Of a DNA stretch of 56,781 nt, positions 1 through 9,669 are shown one piece after another; positions within the stretch are counted from its first letter, which is position 1; every line of letters starts with the position of its first letter. Below the pieces are notes generated by a model that ran no database searches, was not told where the DNA came from, and saw nothing but the letters and a program-made list of their open reading frames with translations. This stretch comes from an uncultured Deferribacteraceae bacterium (GTDB lineage Bacteria > Chrysiogenota > Deferribacteres > CAMZNJ01), in the NCBI GenBank assembly GCA_947313825.1, contig CAMZNJ010000024.1, positions 1 to 56,781 on the forward strand. The letters run 5' to 3'. A program made the position numbers and the translations under genes.

Positions 1-669
1 CTAGCAGGACCACTGCAAACTAGCCTCGACCAAATGGACTCTATCCTACGCATGGTCGAACTCTCAGCACTACGCGACCCCTCCGAAACAGCAGCACACG
101 CACAACGCGTTGGAGCATACTCCTCCGAAATATTCGAACACTACGCTAGGGTCAACGGTGTCGCACACAACAAAATAAACTTCATCAAAGATAAAATTCG
201 CGTCTCAGCAATGCTTCACGACATAGGCAAAGTAGGGGTTGCTGACGCCATCCTAAAGAAAAAAGGACCTCTCACCGAAAGCGAAAGAACAGCAATGAGA
301 AAACACTCGGTCAAAGGTGCAAAAATATTCGACAAACCGCGTAACTCACTGGAAAGCATCGCCAAAGAGATAGCACTACACCACCACCAACAGTGGGACG
401 GAAGCGGTTACCCAATAGTGCAACTCCCCTCAGGGGGCAACAGACCTCTGAAAGGAGAAGAAATACCCATATCAGCACGAATTGTCGCCATTGCCGACGT
501 GTTCGACGCACTCGTAACAAAACGATCCTACAAAGAGGCAATCCCCGTGGAGGAAGCAGTGAAAATAATCAACGACTCCTCAGGAACACACTTCGACCCC
601 GATGTTGTAGCATCGTTTAACGCAGTCCTCCCCATCCTACAACTAATCGGGCACCGCTACCCATCGTAG
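1..669 (+). CDS. HD-GYP domain c-di-GMP phosphodiesterase (probably 5'-truncated by the window edge)
   Basis: Motifs HDIGK, HHQQWDGSGYP, ARIVAIADVFDAL and GTHFDP. The frame is open from base 1 through the ATG at 34. Confidence 0.9.
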   Translation, partial: LAGPLQTSLDQMDSILRMVELSALRDPSETAAHAQRVGAYSSEIFEHYARVNGVAHNKINFIKDKIRVSAMLHDIGKVGVADAILKKKGPLTESERTAMRKHSVKGAKIFDKPRNSLESIAKEIALHHHQQWDGSGYPIVQLPSGGNRPLKGEEIPISARIVAIADVFDALVTKRSYKEAIPVEEAVKIINDSSGTHFDPDVVASFNAVLPILQLIGHRYPS

Positions 670-838
670 GCGTGTGGCTGTGTAGTCGTGTGGCTGTGTA
701 GTCGTGTGGCTGTGTAGGCGTGTGGCTGTGTAGGCGTGTGGCTGTGTGGTCGTGTGGCTGTGTAGGCGTGTGGCTGTGTAGTCGTGTGGCTGTGTAGGCG
801 TGTGGCTGTGTAGTCGTGTGGCTGTGTGGCTGTGTGGC
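667..838 (+). repeat. Tandem array of 10 x 16 bp TAG(G/T)CGTGTGGCTGTG plus a partial unit
   Basis: Read directly. The first unit begins with the TAG stop of the HD-GYP gene. Confidence 0.97.
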
Positions 839-856
839 ACCGTCCATTATTTACTA

Positions 857-885
857 TGGACTATCCTTGCCCGATGGTGTATACT
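857..885 (+). promoter_or_regulatory. Putative sigma70 promoter
   Basis: TGGACT-17 bp-TATACT, about 155 bp upstream of the yggT-like ATG. Confidence 0.55.
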
Positions 886-1040
886 TGTAAGTGATTAACC
901 CTAAACATATCAAACAAGGTGTTTGCGTAAGGTGCCTGTGCCTATTCACACAGGGGCAACTCGACCACTAAGCCCCTTACGGCGACTGCAAATCCATTTT
1001 TGCAGACTAATTTTGCGGATTGATTAGGGCAGGAGGATAC

Positions 1041-1868
1041 ATGTTCGATTCCATGGTAGTTGAGTCCAGCTCAAAGCTTTTTCTTTTGCTACTCACATAC
1101 GCGTTTTATATTTTTAGTGTACTGCTTCTTCTTCGTAGCGTTATTACTCGCCAAGAGCTCAACTTCAACACTGTAGGGCGTTTAATCGCCTCCCTAACCT
1201 CCAAATACATACCTGAACGCCTTTCGACGCTCCAAGTGCAAATGCTTTTAGGATTAGTGTCAGTTGCTTACGTTGTTGGTGGTATGTTTCTCGCTCGGGA
1301 TTTCAGCCTTGCACAGTCGGTTCCATTTATTGTCCGTGTTCTAAACTTCTACATGGTAGTGGTGTTTGTGTCCCTGATTATCCTGTCCAATCCTCAGAGC
1401 ACCAACGCTAGCATGCTTGTAACCTTATTTCGTCGTGTTGGTCAGCAGTTGTGCAATACTGTTTCGCCGGTAATCCCAATACGTTCGAAGATGCTTTATG
1501 CTTTCGTTGGTTTGCTATTTTTGGGGATTTATTTGTCGGTAATCTTTGCTATCCTTATTTTCGAGTCTCTTACACGTGGCATCTCTTTTGATATTGTGCG
1601 AATGTTATCTGTGGGGTTTAGCTTTACAATAGCTGGTGTTATGTCGTTTTTGAGTTTTTATGCCATGCTTCTGTTTTTCAGGGTTTTGCTTTCATGGTTT
1701 TCACCCGATCCTCGCAACAATTTTTATATACTTTTGTATTATTCAACGGAATCGTATTTGGGTTTTTTCAGGCGTTTAATCCCTTCGGTTGGGATGTTTG
1801 ATTTGTCGCCCATTGCTGCTTTAGTTTCGATTTATGTGATACGCAATATATTAATTTTGTTTTTGTAG
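1041..1868 (+). CDS. YggT-family membrane protein
   Basis: C-terminal RVLLSWFSPDPRN...FRRLIPSVGMFDLSPI YggT signature and multiple TM segments. AGGAGG at 1031-1036 precedes ATG 1041. Confidence 0.8.
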   Translation: MFDSMVVESSSKLFLLLLTYAFYIFSVLLLLRSVITRQELNFNTVGRLIASLTSKYIPERLSTLQVQMLLGLVSVAYVVGGMFLARDFSLAQSVPFIVRVLNFYMVVVFVSLIILSNPQSTNASMLVTLFRRVGQQLCNTVSPVIPIRSKMLYAFVGLLFLGIYLSVIFAILIFESLTRGISFDIVRMLSVGFSFTIAGVMSFLSFYAMLLFFRVLLSWFSPDPRNNFYILLYYSTESYLGFFRRLIPSVGMFDLSPIAALVSIYVIRNILILFL

Positions 1869-1975
1869 TAAATACGGTATTTTTGCCTGCTATTGCGATG
1901 GTTGCTGTTATTTTCATAATTGTTTCAATTCTTGTTATAGCTAAGACGTAGTTGGTTTATTTTTGGGGTTACTTT

Positions 1976-2965
1976 ATGTTAATTTTTAGGGTAGTTTTTG
2001 TTGTATCTGTCTTATTAGTGTTCCTTGTATCATACGTTAGTTTGGGGTTGGAGCTTCAGGGAGCGGCAGTTTTCATTGTTGCAACCCTTGCCATGGCCAT
2101 TGTTTTGGATATTTTGGCGTATTTTCTCAAGGTGTACACAAATTACAGGATAATGTCGGGTTTTCTTTTCGCATCCTTCTTCCTCCTTGTTGGATCGTGG
2201 GCTTACACCTACTGGGGTGGCGTATTTTTGCAGCAGGAAGCAATAAGGATATCTTTTTTCTTCATTGTTTTGTATTCTGGGTTTTTGTTCGGCTACAAAA
2301 ACTATCGCTTTACACGAAGAATAATTGTCATGGTGTTTAAGCAGGGCACAAAGTCGTCCCATTTTACCCCTGAGGAGAGACGACTGGCAGTGGACACATC
2401 TGCCTTAATCGACTCTCGCATTGCGGGCATATGCGAGACAGGCTTCATTGATGGGCAAATACTCATCCCGAACTTTGTTCTCCATGAGCTCCAATTTATT
2501 GCCGACTCCCAAGATCATTTGCGTCGTCAGAAAGGTCGACTGGGGCTTGAAACCCTCAAGAAGCTTCGCGAGATACCAACCGTAACCGTATCCGTTGACG
2601 ATGTTCCCGTTTCCCAACTCCCCGTGGACGAACGATTGGTGGAGTTTGCCCAAAAAAAACGAGCACGACTCATCTCCACCGACTTCAATCTTCTAAAAGT
2701 TGCAGAGATACGCGGAGTCAGCATTCTCAATATTAACGAGCTATCCTTGGCAATGCGTCAAACAGTGCTCCCTGGCGAAATTCTTACCGTAACTGTTGTC
2801 AAAGCTGGCAAGGAGCACAGGCAGGGGGTTGCATACCTTAACGACGGCACAATGGTTGTTGTGGAGGATGGCGTCTCCCTAATCGGAAAGAAGCTGGATG
2901 TTCGCGTTGTGAGCCTGTTGCAAACAGAGTCGGGTCGCATTATATTCACGAGTCAAATGCGTTAA
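1976..2965 (+). CDS. Membrane PIN/TRAM domain protein (YacL-like)
   Basis: N-terminal TM helices, PIN motif VDTSALIDSRI and TRAM motif QGVAYLNDGTMVVVE. Confidence 0.9.
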   Translation: MLIFRVVFVVSVLLVFLVSYVSLGLELQGAAVFIVATLAMAIVLDILAYFLKVYTNYRIMSGFLFASFFLLVGSWAYTYWGGVFLQQEAIRISFFFIVLYSGFLFGYKNYRFTRRIIVMVFKQGTKSSHFTPEERRLAVDTSALIDSRIAGICETGFIDGQILIPNFVLHELQFIADSQDHLRRQKGRLGLETLKKLREIPTVTVSVDDVPVSQLPVDERLVEFAQKKRARLISTDFNLLKVAEIRGVSILNINELSLAMRQTVLPGEILTVTVVKAGKEHRQGVAYLNDGTMVVVEDGVSLIGKKLDVRVVSLLQTESGRIIFTSQMR

Positions 2966-3028
2966 GCAACAACAGCCTGCTCAGCTCGGAAAATGCTCCC
3001 CGTATGCATGTTGCCCCAACGGGATTAG

Positions 3029-3108
3029 TGGCTGTGTGGCTGTGATGACTGTGTTGCTATGTTGCTGTGATGACTGTGTGGCTGTGATGACTGTGTTGGC
3101 TGTGTTGC
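3029..3108 (+). repeat. Degenerate 8-9 bp tandem array (TGGCTGTG / ATGACTGTG / TTGCTGTG)
   Basis: About 9 units upstream of trpS. It shares the TGGCTGTG octamer with the 667-838 array. Confidence 0.85.
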
Positions 3109-3154
3109 GGTAATGGTTCGGGGTGTACTGATCGAATAAGCAAAAGGGTGGTTT

Positions 3155-4144
3155 ATGATGAAAAAAGTTTTGGCGGGGATGCGTCCCACAGGTGCCCTGC
3201 ATTTGGGTAACTATTTCGGTGCGTTGAAAAACTTTGTGGATATGCAGAACTCCACGGATTACGATACCACGTTTTTTATTGCCGATTGGCATGCCCTGAC
3301 TACAAATTACGAAGATCCGCAGGATATCAAAGGGAATGTGCGTGAGGTTTTGCTGGACTACCTTGCTTGCGGCATAAGTACCGAAAAAAGTAGGGTTTTC
3401 ATTCAGTCCTACAACCCTTACCACGCCGAAATGTTTCTCATCCTCAGCATGGTAACACCAATCACATGGCTGGAACGTACGCCAAGTTACAAAGAGCTTC
3501 GGGAAAATATTGCAAACAAAGATCTATCTAATTACGGTTTTTTAGGATACCCTGTTTTACAAACAGCTGATATTGTTTTGTACGACGCTGACCTCGTCCC
3601 CATCGGGGTAGATCAGGCACCTCATCTGGAAATATCGCGGGAGATTGTACGACGCTTTAACCACCTCTACAGCACGGATGTGTTGAAAGAACCGCAAGCC
3701 ATGCTGTCTGAATCCTCCAAACTACTCGGAACGGATGGACGCAAAATGAGCAAATCGTACGGCAATGTCATCATGCTGAAACAGGACATTAATCAAGTGA
3801 AAAAAATGCTCAAAACCATGAAAACTGATGAAAGTCGTCAGCGTCGTACTGATGCTGGTAACCCCGACGTATGCCCCGTGTACGACTACCACAAACTCTT
3901 CTCCAACGACGCAGAGCTTGCAGAATGTGCCACAGGGTGTCGTAGTGCTAGCATCGGCTGTGTCGACTGCAAAAATATACTCATCCCCCATATTGTGGAG
4001 TTTCTGGAGGGGGTGCAGAGCAAACGCAAGGTTTTGGAAGCAGAAATATCTGACCCTTACGAATACCTTGCCCCACACAGTGCACCATCAACAGAACAAG
4101 CAGGGCGACGTGTGGACTCTGTTCGCCGTGCCATGGGAATATAG
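3155..4144 (+). CDS. trpS: Tryptophan--tRNA ligase
   Basis: GMRPTG..HLGN, YPVLQTADI, GVDQAPH and KMSKS motifs. Confidence 0.97.
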   Translation: MMKKVLAGMRPTGALHLGNYFGALKNFVDMQNSTDYDTTFFIADWHALTTNYEDPQDIKGNVREVLLDYLACGISTEKSRVFIQSYNPYHAEMFLILSMVTPITWLERTPSYKELRENIANKDLSNYGFLGYPVLQTADIVLYDADLVPIGVDQAPHLEISREIVRRFNHLYSTDVLKEPQAMLSESSKLLGTDGRKMSKSYGNVIMLKQDINQVKKMLKTMKTDESRQRRTDAGNPDVCPVYDYHKLFSNDAELAECATGCRSASIGCVDCKNILIPHIVEFLEGVQSKRKVLEAEISDPYEYLAPHSAPSTEQAGRRVDSVRRAMGI

Positions 4145-4157
4145 GCGGCATTGCGGG

Positions 4158-4197
4158 CAAGCGTAATGGGCACAAGCGTAATGGGCACAAGCGTAAT
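4158..4197 (+). repeat. Tandem array of about 2.7 x 15 bp CAAGCGTAATGGGCA
   Basis: Read directly, 13 bp after the trpS stop. Confidence 0.9.
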
Positions 4198-4230
4198 CGG
4201 TGAAATAAAACAACACAAGGACGAAAACAC

Positions 4231-5151
4231 ATGGCAAACCACAAACCTGACTCCAAGTCAAAAAACCTTACGTCGTCGGGGTTGAGGCTCAACAAATACA
4301 TTGCAACACATTACGGGTGCAGTCGACGCGATGCCGATAAACTTATCGATGCCAAACGTGTTAAGATAAATGGACGTGTGGCTGTGCTAGGTGATACCCA
4401 ACAGGCTGGGGACGTTGTGTCTGTTGACGATGCCCCCGTTTATGAACAGAAAGAATACACCTACATCAAATTTTACAAACCCAAAGGGATGCTCTCAACA
4501 TACGCGTCAAACACTGTGGACACCGAAGGGAAAGCAACACTCATGGATATACCCCAGTTCGCCAAAAACAAACTCCCCTATGCCGGTCGACTAGATTACG
4601 ATAGCGAAGGGTTGATGATACTTAGCAACAACCGTGAGCTAGTGAGTAGCCTCTCCCATCCGTCGTCTCGCTCTAGCAAGGTTTACCGCGTATGGGCATC
4701 GCGTAGCCTGACTCCCAGTGAGCTCCATGACCTCGAGTCGGGCATCGCCTACAAGGGGATTCAGTACGCACCTTGCCATATTCACGCCATCGGCTCCAAT
4801 AAATACAGCGTAACCCTTTACGAGGGCAAAAATCGCCAAATTCGTAACATGTTTAGGTTCATGGATATTCATGTTCGTCGCCTTGTTCGCGTTAGCGTCG
4901 CCTCTGTTCGTTTGGATGGCATGAAGGCAGGTGAGTTTCGTGTACTGACTGCTCAGGAGGTTGCTTCTTTGGCGTCGCGTTCTTCGGGGCAGGGCACTCG
5001 TTCTTCGGGGCAGGGCACTCGTTCTTCGGGGCATAGCTCCTCGGGGCAGGGCACTCGTTCTTCGGGGCAGGGCACTCGTTCTTCGGGGCATAGCTCTTCG
5101 GGGCATAGCTCCTCGGGGCAGGTCTCTTCGGGTGGGCGAAATAAGCACTAG
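4231..5151 (+). CDS. rRNA pseudouridine synthase (RluB/RluF/RsuA family) with S4 domain and repeat-derived C-terminal tail
   Basis: RLNKYIA...SRRDAD S4 motif, KPKG, GRLDYDSEGL and EGKNRQIRNM. Confidence 0.92.
   Translation: MANHKPDSKSKNLTSSGLRLNKYIATHYGCSRRDADKLIDAKRVKINGRVAVLGDTQQAGDVVSVDDAPVYEQKEYTYIKFYKPKGMLSTYASNTVDTEGKATLMDIPQFAKNKLPYAGRLDYDSEGLMILSNNRELVSSLSHPSSRSSKVYRVWASRSLTPSELHDLESGIAYKGIQYAPCHIHAIGSNKYSVTLYEGKNRQIRNMFRFMDIHVRRLVRVSVASVRLDGMKAGEFRVLTAQEVASLASRSSGQGTRSSGQGTRSSGHSSSGQGTRSSGQGTRSSGHSSSGHSSSGQVSSGGRNKH
4978..5133 (+). repeat. In-frame 21/15 bp tandem array encoding SSGQGTR / SSGHS
   Basis: Units TCTTCGGGGCAGGGCACTCGT and TCTTCGGGGCATAGC in the order 21,21,15,21,21,15,15,15. 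Confidence 0.95.
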
Positions 5152-5160
5152 GGTAGGGGT

Positions 5161-7368
5161 ATGTTTCGAGTTAAAAAGCTTAGGCGTGCTAACAGAAAAG
5201 TAATTAAGTACACATTTTTTTTAGCGGTGCTAGTGCTTTTCAACTACTACTCGTCCATATTTTTCTCAGATTACGGCTCCCTTTCCGGCTCCAGCATTCT
5301 CAGTTTTTTTCTTGTTAACATCAACCTCATCGTTTTCACAATATTAATTTTCGTTGTTCTCAGCAACCTTGTTCGCCACTTTGCTGATAGGCGTAACAAC
5401 CTTTTCGGCTCTAAGATAAAGCGTCGTGTGTTGGTTTTCATGACGATTATTACCGTTGTTCCAATTTTCACCATGGCGTTTTTCTCGATTAATATTATCA
5501 ACTCCACCATTAATAAGTGGTTTGAGTCTCGCGTTGAGGAGTCCCTTTACGGCTCCCTGACCCTCATGAGTCAGTACCGCGATAACCTTGGTCGCGATCT
5601 GGCCGACAGGGGCATTGAGCTGTCGTTGACCATTACTAACAACCGCCTGACCTACACTTACGAGCGTGATGCACTTCAGCGTGTTATTTCAGATCTGACC
5701 AACACAACCATCGTTGACGGTATCGAGGTTTTGTCGGCATTTGGTGGTGTTATTGTTGAGAGTGGCGACAGTTTTTTCTCCTACTCCGACTTAATCACAA
5801 ATCAGTCGTTGGCGAGCAATATTGATATTTACAGTCAGTCTATCTCTTACGGTTATCGTGTCAAGGATGATCGCGAAGTTTTCTGGACGATCGTGCCTGT
5901 TTACTCGCAGTTCGACGACGGGGTAATACTTGCTAAGGTGATGCTTTATCGTATTGCAGGCACCATCGACGCCCAAACATTGGGGCAAATCGAGCAGTCC
6001 TACACCAACTACAAAGATATTAGCCGCTTCTCCTCAACCCTTAAGGTATCGCAAATACTCATCATTTTGGCACTAGCATTAGGTTTGGCTTTGTTATTTT
6101 TAGGTGCAGCCCTAGTTTTTGCCAACTCCCTCCTCAAGCCGATTCAAGAGCTTGCGGAGGCAGCCATTAATGTTGCCAAAGGGAACATGAAGGTTCGTGT
6201 GGCTGAGGGTGGTTACGATGAAATATCACGATTGATGTCGTCATTTAACTACATGCTGGACGAACTAGCAAGCAAGTCTGAAGCCCTCTCTGAGCAAAAA
6301 GATGCACTGGAAAGAATGTATAGCCAACTCAGCAACAGCAACCTCTACATTGAAGCAATTCTGGATAACGCACACATCGCACTAACACTCTACGACCACA
6401 ACCTAGAAGAACTGCAAACCAATCGGGACGCACGCACTCTCATGCATAAATATCGCGGGCTACAAAGCACCATACATAAAGAGGTACACGACCTGATTAA
6501 CAGCACCTCACCGCGAATAGACACATCTCGACAGATGGAATGGGTTGGCTCCAGTGGGAAAATTGCCATCCTAGAAATAAAATTAGTTAAGATTATTGCC
6601 TCAGAGGACGATTCTAAATCTAACAGTGGTGCTTATCGATCTGAAAGCGTACTAGTGATTATAGACGACGTTACGGACTTCATCCAAACAGCACGCATGA
6701 GAGTGTGGCAAGATATGGCACGGAAAATCACTCATGAAATAAAAAACCCACTAACACCCATCAAACTCAATACCGAACGCATGGCTCGCAAAGCTCTTAC
6801 CCAAAACATGGATCGCAACGAATTAGGCGAAATAGTACTAAAAACATCGGAAATTATTATCAGCGAAGTGGATAATATGCTCAAAATGGTGGAAGAATTT
6901 AATATTTACACAAGTATTTCCGACTTCTCCCCAGAAACAATAAAACTCAAACCGCTCATGGAGTCGATCAAACGCCTATACGACAACGCATACCCAGATG
7001 TTACATTTGTGGTGGACTGCCCCCCAAATCTTGAAGTGATGGCGGACAATCAATTGCTAAAACGGCTATTCATCAACCTCATAAACAACAGCGTTCACGC
7101 CATGGAGAGCATGCCCGAAGGCAAAATAGAAATGATAGCCATTCCTGAAAATAGCACTATCAATATTAACGTGAAAGATAATGGCAAAGGGATAGACAGT
7201 AAACACCTAGATAAAATATTCACTCCTTACTACAGCAACAAACCACAGGGGACAGGGCTTGGGTTGGCAATTGTACATAAAATAGTGGAACAGCATCGTG
7301 GTAATATTTCTGTGGACACACAAAAAGGGCAAGGCACAGAATTTAAAATAACTCTGCCAATAAAATAA
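5161..7368 (+). CDS. NtrY-like membrane sensor histidine kinase (HAMP, HisKA, HATPase)
   Basis: WQDMARKITHEIKNPLTPI, NLINNS, DNGKGI and GTGLGLAIV. N-terminal TMs with SINKWF-like NtrY segment. Confidence 0.9.
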   Translation: MFRVKKLRRANRKVIKYTFFLAVLVLFNYYSSIFFSDYGSLSGSSILSFFLVNINLIVFTILIFVVLSNLVRHFADRRNNLFGSKIKRRVLVFMTIITVVPIFTMAFFSINIINSTINKWFESRVEESLYGSLTLMSQYRDNLGRDLADRGIELSLTITNNRLTYTYERDALQRVISDLTNTTIVDGIEVLSAFGGVIVESGDSFFSYSDLITNQSLASNIDIYSQSISYGYRVKDDREVFWTIVPVYSQFDDGVILAKVMLYRIAGTIDAQTLGQIEQSYTNYKDISRFSSTLKVSQILIILALALGLALLFLGAALVFANSLLKPIQELAEAAINVAKGNMKVRVAEGGYDEISRLMSSFNYMLDELASKSEALSEQKDALERMYSQLSNSNLYIEAILDNAHIALTLYDHNLEELQTNRDARTLMHKYRGLQSTIHKEVHDLINSTSPRIDTSRQMEWVGSSGKIAILEIKLVKIIASEDDSKSNSGAYRSESVLVIIDDVTDFIQTARMRVWQDMARKITHEIKNPLTPIKLNTERMARKALTQNMDRNELGEIVLKTSEIIISEVDNMLKMVEEFNIYTSISDFSPETIKLKPLMESIKRLYDNAYPDVTFVVDCPPNLEVMADNQLLKRLFINLINNSVHAMESMPEGKIEMIAIPENSTININVKDNGKGIDSKHLDKIFTPYYSNKPQGTGLGLAIVHKIVEQHRGNISVDTQKGQGTEFKITLPIK

Positions 7369-7390
7369 ACAATTTTTTGTAAATAAGAGG

Positions 7391-7419
7391 TTTACAATAG
7401 GCAACAGTAGTTATATAAT
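7391..7419 (+). promoter_or_regulatory. Putative sigma70 promoter of the MCP gene
   Basis: TTTACA-17 bp-TATAAT. Confidence 0.65.
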
Positions 7420-7447
7420 AAAATGTTAGTATTAGGGGGCTTGGATA

Positions 7448-9664
7448 ATGTATTCTAAAGATAACTTTTCAACATTTGAATTAAAAAATGTGGGACTCGT
7501 ATCGCTCATCACATACTTCGCCATATCAGTCTTCATCTCAGTAGGCTCCCTTGTTGCAATCTATGCTGCATCCGTCTACAGCAATAACAAAAATGTGGAA
7601 TTTATCGAAGGAACATATGTTGCCAAAAATATCGAAATCGGAGTAGAAGACTACAAGTTTTTGCTGAGCCTCTATCTGTCAAGCCCCACAAAAGACATAT
7701 CCAACGCCGTTAATGATTTGCACAAAGAAATTTATGGCGATATCATTGCCATATCCAAAACGTACGAGAATGCACAATATCAGGAAGTGGTAAAGAAATT
7801 CTCGAGGCTAGATAGTGTGTTTTCGCAGCTAGCACAAAAATATGGAACGTTCTACTCAAGTGATGACAGTAGCAAAGGCTCCAAGGCCATACTAATCAAA
7901 CAAATTAACGCTCAGATGGACGAAGTTGTGGCAACTGGAGATGTTAACCTAATAAAAGTCTACCTTGAGTACTACCAAATTGCACTAGGGTCTCTGCAGG
8001 ACAATAGCTTTGTAGTTGATACTCTTGCCAATACCACAAATATCGATAGCCTCAAAGTGTACCGCGACAATTATATGGCAGCCATTGAGCGGGCACCCCT
8101 TAGCCCATTGGTCAAGAGAAACCTTCGAAATAGATTTAGCGCCTACACAAAAGATCTCACAGAATACTACAGCGATATTCGGGAGATGTGGAGCCCTAAT
8201 GGTATCGCCACTCTCTCAAGGGCAGAGCTGATAGAAACCTTAGATCTACTAGCTGAAAGTAATGCCAAATACTTAGATGAGATTAGCCATCGAAATGACT
8301 CAGCCTTATCATTGCTACGCATACTAAATATCGCACCCATTGCTATTATGCTATTTGTCTTCTCCGTACTAGGGCACCTCTTACGCACCAAAATACTCCT
8401 CCTCAAATCTGAATTACGCAAAATACTCCTGTTTACAGGGCACACAGAGGATGTTGCCAATAAAGTGGGAAACCTAGGCAGTGTACGACATGCCTCCGGT
8501 AACGAAATAGAATACACCTTCCGATTCCTGCGATACATTCGTGCAAGATTGCACTACATATTGACAAGTGCTTTGGGGCTAAGTAGGCAGGTCTCACAAG
8601 ACGTTGATGTTATCAAAGACGAGTCCATCAACCTCTCAGCTAGGTTCAACAACCAAACAACAGCACTCTCAGGAATTGCCGACACTGTGTCGGACGTGAG
8701 CACAAACTCCATGGTAATGGTTGGGCTTCTCGAACGGATGAAGTCCGACGTCTCCATCGCCCGAACAAGTGCTCTCTCCAGTAGCAACAAACTCGACTAC
8801 ACCATAGGCATTGTTAGCGATATACACGACCAAGTCATAAACCTGTCGCAAACCATCGACCGAATCGACGAATTCGCAACCGAAATCAACAACATACTAG
8901 ACTCAATTAGCAGCATCGCCGAGCAAACAAACCTTCTAGCACTCAACGCTGCCATTGAAGCCTCTAGGGCAGGGGACGCTGGTAAAGGGTTTGCCGTTGT
9001 TGCAGATGAGGTGCGTAACTTGGCAGAGCTAACACAAAAATCTGTCCTAGAAATATCCACCATAATCAACACATTTGGTGCCGATAGTAAAAATGCCAAC
9101 AGAAGCATGAGTGCAACTGTGGACAAGGTCAACAAAGGAAGCAACACCATTCGCGAGGTGCGAAGCTCTTTCGACGAAATGGGGGATATTGTTGCCAGTG
9201 TTGGCGATCGTACCGACAATATCCTCGAGTCGTTCAACAAACAAAACAACGATATCCACACAATTAGCTACAAAATTCACGCCGTCTCTGACGACATCGA
9301 GGGAAGCAACGCTACACTAGAAAATATTACCGGATCCCTATCAAAACTCTCTGAAGGATCCAATAAGCTAGGAGCTCTCATCGAAACATTTGACCTAAAT
9401 ATGCCAGTACCTATTTACGACCACAACACAAGAGACTACCCCGTTGGCGTAACCTTCAGGAGTAGTGCCACGGACTTCCCCACTGACCTAACCAAGAGTC
9501 GCGGGGGCAACGATAACCTCGCACACGCTCAACCCAAAGGCGACGGCAGTGCAGGCAGTGTAGGCGGTGCAGGCAGTGTAGGCAATGTAGGCAGTGCCGG
9601 CGGTGCAGGTATTGCTAGCGACGGTGGTAAGCCTAGCACGCACAGTGGTCAAACATCGGTATAG
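7448..9664 (+). CDS. Methyl-accepting chemotaxis protein
   Basis: [37 protein letters not shown] signalling hairpin, with two TMs flanking a periplasmic domain. Confidence 0.96.
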   Translation: MYSKDNFSTFELKNVGLVSLITYFAISVFISVGSLVAIYAASVYSNNKNVEFIEGTYVAKNIEIGVEDYKFLLSLYLSSPTKDISNAVNDLHKEIYGDIIAISKTYENAQYQEVVKKFSRLDSVFSQLAQKYGTFYSSDDSSKGSKAILIKQINAQMDEVVATGDVNLIKVYLEYYQIALGSLQDNSFVVDTLANTTNIDSLKVYRDNYMAAIERAPLSPLVKRNLRNRFSAYTKDLTEYYSDIREMWSPNGIATLSRAELIETLDLLAESNAKYLDEISHRNDSALSLLRILNIAPIAIMLFVFSVLGHLLRTKILLLKSELRKILLFTGHTEDVANKVGNLGSVRHASGNEIEYTFRFLRYIRARLHYILTSALGLSRQVSQDVDVIKDESINLSARFNNQTTALSGIADTVSDVSTNSMVMVGLLERMKSDVSIARTSALSSSNKLDYTIGIVSDIHDQVINLSQTIDRIDEFATEINNILDSISSIAEQTNLLALNAAIEASRAGDAGKGFAVVADEVRNLAELTQKSVLEISTIINTFGADSKNANRSMSATVDKVNKGSNTIREVRSSFDEMGDIVASVGDRTDNILESFNKQNNDIHTISYKIHAVSDDIEGSNATLENITGSLSKLSEGSNKLGALIETFDLNMPVPIYDHNTRDYPVGVTFRSSATDFPTDLTKSRGGNDNLAHAQPKGDGSAGSVGGAGSVGNVGSAGGAGIASDGGKPSTHSGQTSV
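9545..9607 (+). repeat. In-frame 7 x 9 bp array GGCAGTG(C/T)A in the MCP tail
   Basis: Encodes [21 protein letters not shown]. Confidence 0.9.
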
Positions 9665-9669
9665 CTCAT

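Noticed and set aside
617-847. Minus-strand ORFs with HSHTPTQP repeats
   Set aside because: They are artefacts of the 16-bp array.
1976-2965. VapC toxin of a TA pair
   Set aside because: The membrane PIN+TRAM architecture is the conserved YacL type, with no antitoxin gene adjacent.
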